From Escherichia coli (GTDB lineage Bacteria; Pseudomonadota; Gammaproteobacteria; Enterobacterales; Enterobacteriaceae), in NCBI RefSeq assembly GCF_048403405.1, contig NZ_CP183129.1: 64,000 bases of DNA. One strand, given 5' to 3'. The position numbers and the translations under genes are program-made. Positions 12,104-21,899 of this stretch are shown here, one piece after another; the first letter of the stretch is position 1, and each line of letters starts with the position of its first letter. Under the pieces are notes generated by a model that worked only from the letters and a program-made list of their open reading frames with translations, had not been told where the DNA came from and made no database searches.

Positions 12104-12388
12104 ATGAAACGCAAGATTATTGTCGCTTGCGGAGGCGCGGTTGCGACCTCTACGATGGCGGCGGAAGAAATTAAAGAGTTGTGTCAGAGTCATAATATTC
12201 CTGTTGAATTAATCCAGTGTCGGGTTAATGAAATAGAAACCTATATGGATGGTGTGCATTTGATATGTACTACCGCCAAAGTTGACCGTAGTTTTGACGA
12301 TATTCCGTTAGTTCACGGCATGCCTTTTGTTTCTGGTGTCGGTATCGAAGCATTACAAAATAAAATTCTGACTATCTTACAGGGGTGA
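12104..12388 (+). CDS. gatB: Galactitol PTS EIIB component, 94 aa
   Basis: ORF track; conserved Cys near N-terminus ([10 protein letters not shown]); operon context. Confidence 0.85.
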   Translation: MKRKIIVACGGAVATSTMAAEEIKELCQSHNIPVELIQCRVNEIETYMDGVHLICTTAKVDRSFDDIPLVHGMPFVSGVGIEALQNKILTILQG

Positions 12389-12391
12389 CCT

Positions 12392-13747
12392 ATGTTTTCA
12401 GAAGTCATGCGTTATATTCTCGACCTCGGCCCTACAGTGATGCTGCCGGTTGTCATCATTATTTTTTCTAAAATATTAGGCATGAAGGCAGGCGATTGCT
12501 TTAAAGCGGGTCTGCATATCGGGATTGGCTTTGTTGGCATTGGCCTTGTGATTGGCTTAATGCTGGATTCCATTGGTCCGGCGGCGAAAGCGATGGCGGA
12601 AAATTTCGACCTGAATCTGCATGTGGTCGATGTCGGCTGGCCGGGCTCTTCACCAATGACCTGGGCGTCGCAAATTGCGCTGGTGGCGATTCCGATTGCG
12701 ATTCTGGTTAACGTGGCGATGTTACTGACCCGTATGACGCGGGTGGTAAATGTTGATATCTGGAATATCTGGCATATGACCTTCACCGGCGCGTTGCTGC
12801 ATCTGGCAACCGGTTCATGGATGATAGGGATGGCGGGTGTGGTAATTCACGCGGCGTTTGTTTATAAGCTCGGCGACTGGTTTGCCCGCGATACCCGAAA
12901 TTTCTTTGAGCTGGAAGGCATTGCTATTCCGCACGGTACGTCGGCGTATCTGGGGCCGATTGCGGTGCTGGTCGATGCTATCATTGAGAAAATCCCAGGC
13001 GTTAACCGAATTAAATTTAGTGCCGATGATATTCAGCGCAAGTTTGGCCCATTTGGCGAACCTGTCACCGTGGGTTTTGTGATGGGGCTGATTATCGGCA
13101 TCCTCGCGGGTTACGATGTCAAAGGTGTATTGCAGCTGGCGGTAAAAACGGCAGCAGTTATGCTGTTGATGCCACGGGTGATTAAACCCATCATGGATGG
13201 TTTAACGCCTATCGCTAAGCAGGCCCGTAGTCGTTTACAGGCGAAGTTCGGCGGTCAGGAGTTCCTGATTGGCCTTGATCCGGCGTTGCTGCTGGGGCAT
13301 ACGGCGGTGGTATCGGCAAGCCTGATTTTTATCCCGCTCACCATTTTAATTGCTGTTTGTGTTCCGGGTAATCAGGTACTGCCGTTTGGCGACCTTGCCA
13401 CCATCGGTTTCTTTGTGGCGATGGCGGTCGCCGTGCATCGTGGAAATCTGTTCCGCACCTTAATCTCGGGTGTCATCATTATGAGCATCACCCTGTGGAT
13501 CGCGACGCAAACTATTGGTTTGCACACCCAACTGGCGGCTAACGCTGGGGCGTTAAAAGCCGGAGGCATGGTGGCATCAATGGATCAGGGCGGTTCTCCC
13601 ATTACCTGGTTACTGATTCAGGTTTTCTCCCCGCAAAATATTCCCGGTTTCATTATTATCGGTGCCATTTATCTTACCGGTATTTTCATGACCTGGCGTA
13701 GAGCGCGTGGTTTTATTAAACAAGAGAAAGCCGTTCTCGCAGAATAA
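12392..13747 (+). CDS. gatC: Galactitol PTS EIIC permease, 451 aa
   Basis: ORF track; polytopic membrane protein; operon context. Confidence 0.85.
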   Translation: MFSEVMRYILDLGPTVMLPVVIIIFSKILGMKAGDCFKAGLHIGIGFVGIGLVIGLMLDSIGPAAKAMAENFDLNLHVVDVGWPGSSPMTWASQIALVAIPIAILVNVAMLLTRMTRVVNVDIWNIWHMTFTGALLHLATGSWMIGMAGVVIHAAFVYKLGDWFARDTRNFFELEGIAIPHGTSAYLGPIAVLVDAIIEKIPGVNRIKFSADDIQRKFGPFGEPVTVGFVMGLIIGILAGYDVKGVLQLAVKTAAVMLLMPRVIKPIMDGLTPIAKQARSRLQAKFGGQEFLIGLDPALLLGHTAVVSASLIFIPLTILIAVCVPGNQVLPFGDLATIGFFVAMAVAVHRGNLFRTLISGVIIMSITLWIATQTIGLHTQLAANAGALKAGGMVASMDQGGSPITWLLIQVFSPQNIPGFIIIGAIYLTGIFMTWRRARGFIKQEKAVLAE

Positions 13748-13794
13748 TTTTTACCTGAGGGGGAGTTTATCCCCCTTAACAATCAGGAGTTTTT

Positions 13795-14835
13795 ATGAAA
13801 TCAGTGGTGAATGATACTGATGGTATCGTGCGCGTTGCAGAAAGCGTCATTCCTGAAATTAAACATCAGGATGAGGTACGGGTAAAAATTGCCAGCTCGG
13901 GCTTATGTGGTTCCGATTTACCCAGGATATTTAAAAATGGTGCACATTATTATCCAATAACGTTAGGCCATGAATTTAGCGGCTATATTGATGCGGTGGG
14001 ATCCGGTGTTGATGATTTACACCCTGGCGATGCGGTTGCCTGTGTGCCGTTATTACCCTGTTTTACTTGTCCAGAGTGTTTGAAAGGGTTTTATTCCCAG
14101 TGCGCAAAATATGATTTTATTGGCTCACGGCGTGATGGTGGGTTTGCCGAATATATTGTCGTTAAGCGGAAAAATGTCTTTGCTCTACCTGCGGATATGC
14201 CTATTGAGGATGGGGCTTTTATTGAGCCGATTACCGTTGGCCTGCATGCTTTTCATTTAGCGCAAGGTTGTGAGAATAAAAACGTTATTATTATTGGTGC
14301 CGGAACCATTGGCCTGCTGGCTATTCAGTGCGCTGTCGCGCTGGGAGCAAAGAGTGTGACGGCTATCGACATTAGCTCAGAAAAACTGGCACTGGCAAAA
14401 TCTTTCGGTGCGATGCAAACATTTAACAGCCTTGAAATGAGCGCGCCGCAAATGCAGGGCGTTTTACGCGAGCTGCGCTTTAATCAGCTTATCCTCGAGA
14501 CGGCTGGCGTCCCGCAAACCGTCGAACTGGCGGTAGAGATTGCCGGGCCTCATGCCCAGCTGGCGCTGGTGGGCACGTTGCATCAGGATTTGCATTTAAC
14601 ATCGGCAACGTTTGGCAAAATATTACGTAAAGAGCTGACGGTTATCGGCAGTTGGATGAACTACTCCAGCCCTTGGCCGGGGCAGGAGTGGGAAACGGCG
14701 AGCCGGTTGCTGACAGAACGTAAGTTAAGCCTGGAGCCATTAATCGCTCACCGTGGAAGCTTTGAAAGCTTCGCCCAGGCGGTGCGTGACATCGCTCGTA
14801 ATGCTATGCCGGGCAAAGTGTTGCTCATTCCCTGA
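13795..14835 (+). CDS. gatD: Galactitol-1-phosphate 5-dehydrogenase (Zn-dependent MDR family), 346 aa
   Basis: ORF track; Zn-ADH motifs (GHEFSG, GAGTIGL). Confidence 0.85.
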   Translation: MKSVVNDTDGIVRVAESVIPEIKHQDEVRVKIASSGLCGSDLPRIFKNGAHYYPITLGHEFSGYIDAVGSGVDDLHPGDAVACVPLLPCFTCPECLKGFYSQCAKYDFIGSRRDGGFAEYIVVKRKNVFALPADMPIEDGAFIEPITVGLHAFHLAQGCENKNVIIIGAGTIGLLAIQCAVALGAKSVTAIDISSEKLALAKSFGAMQTFNSLEMSAPQMQGVLRELRFNQLILETAGVPQTVELAVEIAGPHAQLALVGTLHQDLHLTSATFGKILRKELTVIGSWMNYSSPWPGQEWETASRLLTERKLSLEPLIAHRGSFESFAQAVRDIARNAMPGKVLLIP

Positions 14836-14840
14836 AACCG

Positions 14841-14863
14841 CGGGCCAGCGTGATGCTGGCCCG
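14841..14863 (+). terminator. Perfect 9-bp stem-loop (cgggccagc-gtgat-gctggcccg) between gatD and gatR; possible attenuator or weak terminator
   Basis: Read from sequence; no strong T-run follows, so function is uncertain. Confidence 0.35.
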
Positions 14864-14934
14864 GTATTGTGCAAAACAGATCATTCACCAATGGTCCCCC
14901 TTCGTTTACACTAGCCACAATTGAATATGGGTAA

Positions 14935-15714
14935 ATGACGATGAATTCATTCGAGCGAAGGAATAAGATCATCCAATTAGTGAATGAACAGGGAACCGTG
15001 CTTGTTCAGGATCTGGCGGGAGTATTTGCTGCCTCGGAAGCGACAATCCGTGCCGATTTGCGCTTTCTCGAACAAAAAGGCGTAGTTACGCGCTTTCATG
15101 GCGGTGCGGCGAAAATAATGTCCGGTAATAGTGAAACCGAGACTCAGGAAGTTGGGTTTAAAGAGCGATTTCAGCTCGCCAGTGCGCCAAAAAACAGAAT
15201 AGCGCAGGCGGCAGTCAAAATGATCCACGAAGGGATGACCGTTATTCTCGACAGCGGAAGTACCACAATGCTTATCGCCGAAGGTTTAATGACCGCCAAA
15301 AATATCACGGTGATTACCAACAGTCTCCCGGCGGCGTTTGCCCTTTCCGAAAATAAAGACATTACTCTGGTCGTCTGTGGTGGGACCGTCCGCCATAAAA
15401 CACGCTCGATGCATGGTTCCATTGCCGAGCGTTCATTGCAGGATATTAATGCCGATTTAATGTTTGTCGGTGCTGATGGTATTGATGCGGTTAATGGTAT
15501 TACGACCTTTAATGAAGGTTATTCGATTAGCGGGGCAATGGTCACAGCCGCAAATAAAGTGATTGCCGTTCTCGATTCATCGAAATTTAATCGTCGCGGT
15601 TTTAATCAGGTACTGCCAATCGAAAAAATCGACATTATTATTACCGACGATGCTGTGTCAGAGGTGGATAAACTGGCATTGCAGAAGACACGGGTGAAAT
15701 TAATTACGGTGTAG
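14935..15714 (+). CDS. gatR: DeoR-family repressor of the gat operon; intact here
   Basis: ORF track 259 aa (start may be 14941); N-terminal HTH and C-terminal DeoR sugar-binding domain; no IS interruption. Confidence 0.8.
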   Translation: MTMNSFERRNKIIQLVNEQGTVLVQDLAGVFAASEATIRADLRFLEQKGVVTRFHGGAAKIMSGNSETETQEVGFKERFQLASAPKNRIAQAAVKMIHEGMTVILDSGSTTMLIAEGLMTAKNITVITNSLPAAFALSENKDITLVVCGGTVRHKTRSMHGSIAERSLQDINADLMFVGADGIDAVNGITTFNEGYSISGAMVTAANKVIAVLDSSKFNRRGFNQVLPIEKIDIIITDDAVSEVDKLALQKTRVKLITV

Positions 15715-15726
15715 TATTGTTCTGTA

Positions 15727-15758
15727 TGCCGGATAAGGTTTTTACACCGCATCCGGCA
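15727..15758. repeat. REP-like palindromic element between gatR and yegS
   Basis: tgccggataaggtttttacaccgcatccggca resembles the REP consensus. Confidence 0.5.
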
Positions 15759-15795
15759 TTACGGATTCTCCCTGGTTCAAGAGAGAATAGTTTGA

Positions 15796-16695
15796 TTAAC
15801 GCAATAATGGACAATCTGGTGGTAATCGACAACGCAACGCCGCCGGAAGTATTTCAATATGGAAGTTTTGCCCACTCAACGGTTCGCCATCAAGATTAAA
15901 AGTGATTTCGTGTGGGGCTTGTATATCAAACCACGACGAAGCGCCTTCGATAATATTCGGGTTATCTTCGTCAGATTTTAAGGTTGATACGAGAGCTGGA
16001 AGAATTTCATCGCCGGTAAAAATGCGCAGTTGCAGCAGGCCATCGTTAATTAACGCGTTCGGGCACAATTGCTGACCGCCACCGGCCTGACGCCCGTTAC
16101 CAATACCAATGACCAGGGCGTCACCTTGCCAGTGAAAGTTTTCACCGCGGATCTCACAACGGTCCGGTTGCAGAGTATCCATGCGCATTAAGCCATGAAT
16201 GATGTAAGAGACGCCACCCAGCGCGGCTTTTAATTTTTCCGGCGTTTCTGTGGTAATACGCGTCCCAAATCCGCCTGTCGCCATATTAATAAAACAGGTT
16301 TGTTTGTTGACCTGCGCCATATCTATCGCAATGGCGTCACCGGCAATTGCCAGTTTCAGCGCCTTATCCAGTGCCTCAGGAATCCTTACACTGGTGGCAA
16401 AATCATTGGCGGTTCCTAATGGCAAAATTCCTAGCGCGGGTATGTCATCCCCCTCACACTGAATCAACGCCGTAGAAACTTCATTAATGGTGCCATCGCC
16501 ACCACCGGCAATCACCGTTGCGACGCTCAACTTCCGGGCCTCCTCTACATATCGTGCGGCATCGCCTTTCTCCCAAGTGACCCGCACATGGATCGTCATT
16601 CCTTCCTCACGCAACAGCATAATTGCTTCGCGCAATGGTAAATTGTCAGTACTTTTGCCATTAAGAATCAGTAAGCTGGCGGGAAATTCTGCCAT
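15796..16695 (-). CDS. yegS: Lipid kinase (DAGK-catalytic-domain family), 299 aa
   Basis: ORF track; GGDGT motif; matches YegS as recalled. Confidence 0.85.
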   Translation of the reverse strand: MAEFPASLLILNGKSTDNLPLREAIMLLREEGMTIHVRVTWEKGDAARYVEEARKLSVATVIAGGGDGTINEVSTALIQCEGDDIPALGILPLGTANDFATSVRIPEALDKALKLAIAGDAIAIDMAQVNKQTCFINMATGGFGTRITTETPEKLKAALGGVSYIIHGLMRMDTLQPDRCEIRGENFHWQGDALVIGIGNGRQAGGGQQLCPNALINDGLLQLRIFTGDEILPALVSTLKSDEDNPNIIEGASSWFDIQAPHEITFNLDGEPLSGQNFHIEILPAALRCRLPPDCPLLR

Positions 16696-17109
16696 GATCG
16701 TATGTGCCTTTATGATTGGTCTGTAGATAGTGTAGAGCAGAAAAGAAAAGGTGGAGTCAGAACAGGATGAAAGTCGGAGGATAAAAAATCAGTTCAAGTA
16801 TGGAGGATTCGGTGGTTACCACCAGGAGCTTGCAATGGGGACAGTGAATGTTAACGGTAGCCATAGGTAAATTTCAAAAAAGAGCATATACCTAATATTC
16901 AACTAAACAGTGGCATCTTCAATATACTATTAAAAATATATTAACCCCCCCATGGGGTTACCCGGAAGGGCCTCCGTGTATGTAATTCCTACTTATGTAG
17001 GAAATGTTGTACAGAACATTTATTATAATCCTATTCAATTATAATAATCATGCCATTATTATATTTAAACACCAGAGCGTGTCGTTGGTATTTAATGGGG
17101 GAAGGTGAG

Positions 17110-17427
17110 ATGAAAAAGATAGCTGCTATATCATTAATTAGTATTTTTCTTATGTCTGGTTGTGCTGTGCATAATGATGAAACAAGTATCGGTAAATTTG
17201 GTCTTGCATATAAAAGTAATATTCAGCGTAAACTCGATAACCAATACTACACCGAAGCCGAAGCTTCTTTAGCCAGGGGCAGAATTTCTGGTGCAGAAAA
17301 TATAGTAAAAAATGATGCAGCTCATTTCTGTGTTACTCAGGGCAAAAAAATGCAGATAGTTGACCTGAAGACAGAAGGTGCAGGATTACATGGCGTCGCT
17401 CGTCTGACATTCAAATGTGGAGAGTGA
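17110..17427 (+). CDS. yegR: Small putative lipoprotein, 105 aa
   Basis: ORF 17050..17427; start placed at MKKIAAISL with lipobox LMSGC; AT-rich gene. Confidence 0.7.
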   Translation: MKKIAAISLISIFLMSGCAVHNDETSIGKFGLAYKSNIQRKLDNQYYTEAEASLARGRISGAENIVKNDAAHFCVTQGKKMQIVDLKTEGAGLHGVARLTFKCGE

Positions 17428-17584
17428 GAATATTTTTTGGTAAGCGTCAAACATGCGCGTTCTGATTGTGCGTAGCCGGAACCTGTACGAGCACGATGCC
17501 GTTAAGTGAAAGGCATCGTGCTATGAAGGGGGATTCTATCGATGTGGTCAATGGAAGACGGTGACCAGGATACGGCTTATGCAT

Positions 17585-17611
17585 AAAAAATAAGCCCGTG
17601 TAAGGGAGATT
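17585..17611. other. Phage P2 attB core-like sequence (aaaaaataagcccgtgtaagggagatt) at the cyaR 3' end, unoccupied
   Basis: 27-mer read from sequence; matches the P2 attachment core as I recall it; no prophage genes flank it here. Confidence 0.5.
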
Positions 17612-17671
17612 ACACAGGCTAAGGAGGTGGTTCCTGGTACAGCTAGCATTTTATGGGTTATGTTTTTCAGC
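17585..17671 (-). ncRNA. cyaR: CyaR (RyeE) Hfq-dependent sRNA
   Basis: Reverse complement reads GCUGAAAAACAUAACCCAUAAAAUGCUAGCUGUACCAGGAACCACCUCCUUAGCCUGUGUAAUCUCCCUUACACGGGCUUAUUUUUU, matching E. coli CyaR as recalled. Confidence 0.85.
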
Positions 17672-17755
17672 GAAACGGATGATAACCTTAATAAATGCAG
17701 CTGTATGTGATCGGTTTCTAAGAATTTTCCATCCGGGAAAAATAATCGAAATTAA

Positions 17756-19117
17756 TCACTTACCGTGGGGGTTACGCGTGGTTTCCCCGGAGAAATTACG
17801 CATCAGGAGCGCGTAATTTAGCTCAAGATCCTGCGGCACCGGGATCCACACAGTATAACCATCGCCTGGTGCGACCGGCATAGCTTCACCTTTGGCGTTT
17901 TCCATATGCTCAAGGGTAAAGTTAATGTTGCCTTGCGGCGTCATCAGCTCAAGGCTGTCGCCAACGGAGAATTTATTTTTCACCGCTACCGCCGCGAGGT
18001 CGCCCTTGCGCTCACCGGTAAACTCACCAACAAACTGCTGGCGGTTAGAAACTGAATAACCGTATTCGTAGTTCTGATAATCGTCGTGAGTATGACGACG
18101 CAGGAAACCTTCGGTATAGCCACGATGCGCCAGACCTTCCAGAGTTTCCAGCAGGCTGGTATCGAATGGTTTGCCCGCAGCGGCATCATCGATAGCTTTA
18201 CGATAAACCTGTGCGGTGCGTGCGCAATAGTAGAAAGATTTGGTACGGCCTTCGATTTTCAGCGAATGCACGCCCATTTTGGTCAGGCGTTCTACATGGG
18301 CGATGGCGCGCAGATCTTTCGAGTTCATGATGTAAGTGCCGTGCTCATCTTCAAACGCGGTCATATACTCGCCCGGACGCTGGGCTTCTTCGATCATAAA
18401 CACTTTGTCAGTTGGTGCGCCGATACCCAGCGTCGGCTCAACATTTTGCACCGGAATCGGCTCGTACTTGTGTACGATGTTGCCAACGTCATCTTCTTTC
18501 CCTTCCTGGACGTTGTACTCCCAGCGGCAGGCGTTGGTGCAGGTGCCCTGGTTCGGGTCGCGCTTGTTGATATAGCCAGAGAGCAGGCAGCGACCGGAGT
18601 AGGCCATGCACAGCGCGCCGTGAACGAAGATCTCGATCTCCATATCCGGCACCTGATTACGAATCTCTTCAATCTCTTCCAGCGACAGCTCGCGAGAGAG
18701 GATCACGCGGGTCAGTCCCATTTGCTGCCAGAATTTCACCGTCGCCCAGTTCACGGCGTTAGCCTGTACCGAGAGATGGATCGGCATTTCAGGGAAGTGC
18801 TCGCGCACCAGCATAATCAGCCCTGGATCGGACATAATCAGCGCATCCGGCCCCATTTCCACCACCGGTTTCAGGTCACGGATAAAGGTTTTCAGCTTGG
18901 CGTTGTGCGGTGCAATGTTGACCACGACATAAAACTTTTTCCCCAGCGCATGGGCTTCATTAATGCCGAGCTGAAGATTTTCGTGGTTGAATTCGTTGTT
19001 GCGCACACGCAGGGAGTAACGTGGCTGGCCCGCATAAACAGCATCTGCGCCATAAGCGAAAGCGTAACGCATATTTTTCAGCGTTCCCGCCGGGGAAAGG
19101 AGTTCCGGTTTAAACAT
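17756..19117 (-). CDS. yegQ: Peptidase U32-family protein (tRNA uridine hydroxylase TrhP family), 453 aa
   Basis: ORF track; matches YegQ as recalled. Confidence 0.85.
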   Translation of the reverse strand: MFKPELLSPAGTLKNMRYAFAYGADAVYAGQPRYSLRVRNNEFNHENLQLGINEAHALGKKFYVVVNIAPHNAKLKTFIRDLKPVVEMGPDALIMSDPGLIMLVREHFPEMPIHLSVQANAVNWATVKFWQQMGLTRVILSRELSLEEIEEIRNQVPDMEIEIFVHGALCMAYSGRCLLSGYINKRDPNQGTCTNACRWEYNVQEGKEDDVGNIVHKYEPIPVQNVEPTLGIGAPTDKVFMIEEAQRPGEYMTAFEDEHGTYIMNSKDLRAIAHVERLTKMGVHSLKIEGRTKSFYYCARTAQVYRKAIDDAAAGKPFDTSLLETLEGLAHRGYTEGFLRRHTHDDYQNYEYGYSVSNRQQFVGEFTGERKGDLAAVAVKNKFSVGDSLELMTPQGNINFTLEHMENAKGEAMPVAPGDGYTVWIPVPQDLELNYALLMRNFSGETTRNPHGK

Positions 19118-19264
19118 AATTCTCTCGTTCTGATGACAGGTCAGATCCGCTTCACCTGATGAAGCGGCCAGGGGAGTGCCCCCACTTTAAGGGCGGGCAT
19201 TGTAGCGCTGTAGGGGGGAGCTGGTAAAGCGCCAGACGCCAACAACACGCGCCCGGCATCGTAA

Positions 19265-19597
19265 TTACGTATTGTCTTTCACCGTCTGGCTTGTGCCATT
19301 GGCTTTAACGGAGGCAATTCCGGTTTCACGAGATTGCGCGGTGGCGTACATCTGGCTGGAGCCGATAATTTGATGATTGGCGGCTTTCAGATTGAAATAG
19401 AATTTGCCGTTGCTTGCCGTTTTTTTCTCATAGCGTTCTTCTTGCGGGCTGTTGCTACGCACCGACGCGATACCCTTTTCCGCAGAGGCTTTTGAGGTAT
19501 ACAGCTCGCTGGTGAGGATAGTCTCACCATTGCCCGCTTTTAGCACAAACCGGAACTGATTATCACTGCTCTTACTGAGTTCAAACCAACCAGCCAT
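19265..19597 (-). CDS. yegP: UPF0339/DUF1508 tandem-repeat protein, 110 aa
   Basis: ORF 19265..19636; start placed at MAGWFELSK; internal duplication visible (…FVLKAGNGETI… / …FNLKAANHQII…). Confidence 0.75.
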   Translation of the reverse strand: MAGWFELSKSSDNQFRFVLKAGNGETILTSELYTSKASAEKGIASVRSNSPQEERYEKKTASNGKFYFNLKAANHQIIGSSQMYATAQSRETGIASVKANGTSQTVKDNT

Positions 19598-19776
19598 AAT
19601 GACTCCTTGATTGAAATTGCGTATCGAAAACAGCATCTAAAGGTACTGTTTGCCAATTAAAGTATGAGCGATTTTCTGGTGCCTGCCAGGGCGGAGAGAT
19701 CATGTCAGTTTGCTGACCATGCGTGGGATAATGTTGCCGGATCTGGTCTGAAGGCCATCTCCGGCAGGTAAAAATG

Positions 19777-20499
19777 TTAAACGATGCGGCAGGCGTCGGC
19801 TTCCCAGCGGTAACCGACGCCGTAAACGGCACGGATAAAGGACTGTTCGGCGTCGAGAGATTCCAGCTTGCGACGCAGGTTTTTAATGTGGCTGTCGATG
19901 GTGCGGTCGGTTACTACGCGGTAGTCGTCATAAAGATGATTGAGCAATTGCTCGCGGGAGAACACTTTTCCTGGTTCATGAGAGAGCGTTTTCAGCAGAC
20001 GAAATTCCGCAGGCGTCAGGTCAAGCATTTTTCCGCGCCATGAAGCCTGAAAACGACCTTCGTCGATAATCAACGGGCTTTCAGCATCCTGTTGCTGCAA
20101 CTCACGCTGCGGTTTGCAACGGCGCAAAATGGTTTTGACGCGCGCTACCACTTCCCGTGGGCTGTACGGCTTGCAGATATAATCATCTGCGCCAATTTCC
20201 AGCCCCAGCAGGCGGTCGATCTCTTCGATTTTTGCTGTCACCATCACGATCGGAATGTCAGAAAAACGACGAATTTCCCGACACAGCGTCAGGCCATCGG
20301 TGCCAGGGAGCATCAGATCCAGCAGGATCAGATCCGGTGGTGTCTGGCGCACATACGGCAGTACCTGATCGCCGTGGCTAATCAACGTTGGCGCATAGCT
20401 CGCAGCACGCAGATAATCAATGAGTAACTGCCCCAGCTTCGGTTCATCTTCCACGATCAAAATACGCGGTGTGTTTTCGTCGATTGGTAACTCGGTCAT
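19777..20499 (-). CDS. baeR: OmpR-family response regulator BaeR, 240 aa
   Basis: ORF track; receiver domain plus winged-helix; operon context. Confidence 0.9.
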
Positions 20500-21899
20500 A
20501 CTTCTCTCTGTAAATCCCGTTCCAGCGGTAACTCTACTGTAATGCTTACCCCGCCAAAAGGCGAATGGGCAGCAATAATGCGGCCATTATGTGCTTCAAC
20601 AATGTTCAGGCAAATCGCCAGCCCCAGCCCGGAACCGCCGCTGGCACGGTTGCGGGAGCCTTCGGTGCGATAAAAACGTTCAAACAATTTTTGTAGTTGA
20701 TCGTCACTGACACCCGGCGCACTGTCGGCAAAGGTCAGGCGCACCGTTTTGTCGTGCTGCCCGGCAGAGATTTTCAGGCTGCCGCCGCTGTCAGTGTAGC
20801 GCAGGCTGTTTTCAAGTAAGTTATTGAATAACTGCATTAAACGGTCGCGATCGCCAAATACAGTAATACTGTCTGGCAGGGAAAATTGCAGTTTCAGGCC
20901 ACGGCTGGCGAATCGTTCGCGAAATGCGCCGCCCGCCACTTCCAGCAGTGGGATCAAATCTACCGGTGCTTTTTGATAGGCGAGAGCGCCTTCATCAGAC
21001 ATCGACAACTGATGAAGATCGTCAACCAGTTTGGTCAGTGTACCGACCTCCGCCTGTAAAGACGCCACCGTCTCCGGCGTGAATTTACGCACGCCATCCT
21101 GAATGGCTTCCAGTTCACCGCGCAGCACCGCTAATGGCGTACGCAGTTCGTGAGAAATATCGGCCATAAAATCGCGCCGCATTTGCTGGTTTTTCTCCAG
21201 CGTGCTGGCAAGCTGGTTGAAGTCTTGCGCCAGTTTGCCCAGTTCATCTTCACTGGTGGGCGTTACGCGGGTAGTGAAATCGCCCGCCGCCAGTTTGTGC
21301 GTGCCGTCCACCAGCCGTTTTACCGGTGCCAGCAAACCACGCGCCAGCAGAAAGGTAGCGAGTGCCGCGAGTAACGTTGCCAGAGCGACAATCAGCCAGC
21401 TGGTTTGCCGCTGTTGTTTATCGAAATTGATATCAGTATTGCGGGTCAGTCGCTCAACAGGGGAGGCAATCACCGCGCCCACTTCCGCACCGTTGACCAG
21501 AATGGGTCGCCGTGTACCGTCAGGTGGAATCGGCGCTCGCGGACCAACCAGCACTTTGTTGTTTTGATCAACCACCCAGAACTGGGTACGCCAGCCGTGC
21601 GGTGGCATACCCGGGCCGGGTTTATCTTCCGAATTATCGTGTTCAAATGAACGCAGGATCTGAAAGACAAAGCGATCATTGTTGCGCAGGAAGCGCCAGT
21701 TGCCATGCTGCGCATACTGCTCGCCAAGCGCATCACTTAACAGTTGTAATCGCTGTTCATTACCATGCTTGATGTAATCAATAAAGCCACGCTCAAAACT
21801 GATACGCACCGCCCAGTGCATACTGATCAGCAAGACAATGCAGGTGGCGAAAATCGCCAGAAACAGTTTGCCGGTAATACCGGGTCGCCAGAACTTCAT
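20496..21899 (-). CDS. baeS: Envelope-stress sensor histidine kinase BaeS, 467 aa
   Basis: ORF track; HAMP/HisKA/HATPase motifs (HELRTPL); overlaps baeR start. Confidence 0.9.

Noticed and set aside
18086-19159. 357-aa plus-strand ORF antisense to yegQ
   Set aside because: It lies entirely within the conserved yegQ coding sequence on the opposite strand and has no recognisable domain or SD; long antisense frames are common opposite GC-rich E. coli genes
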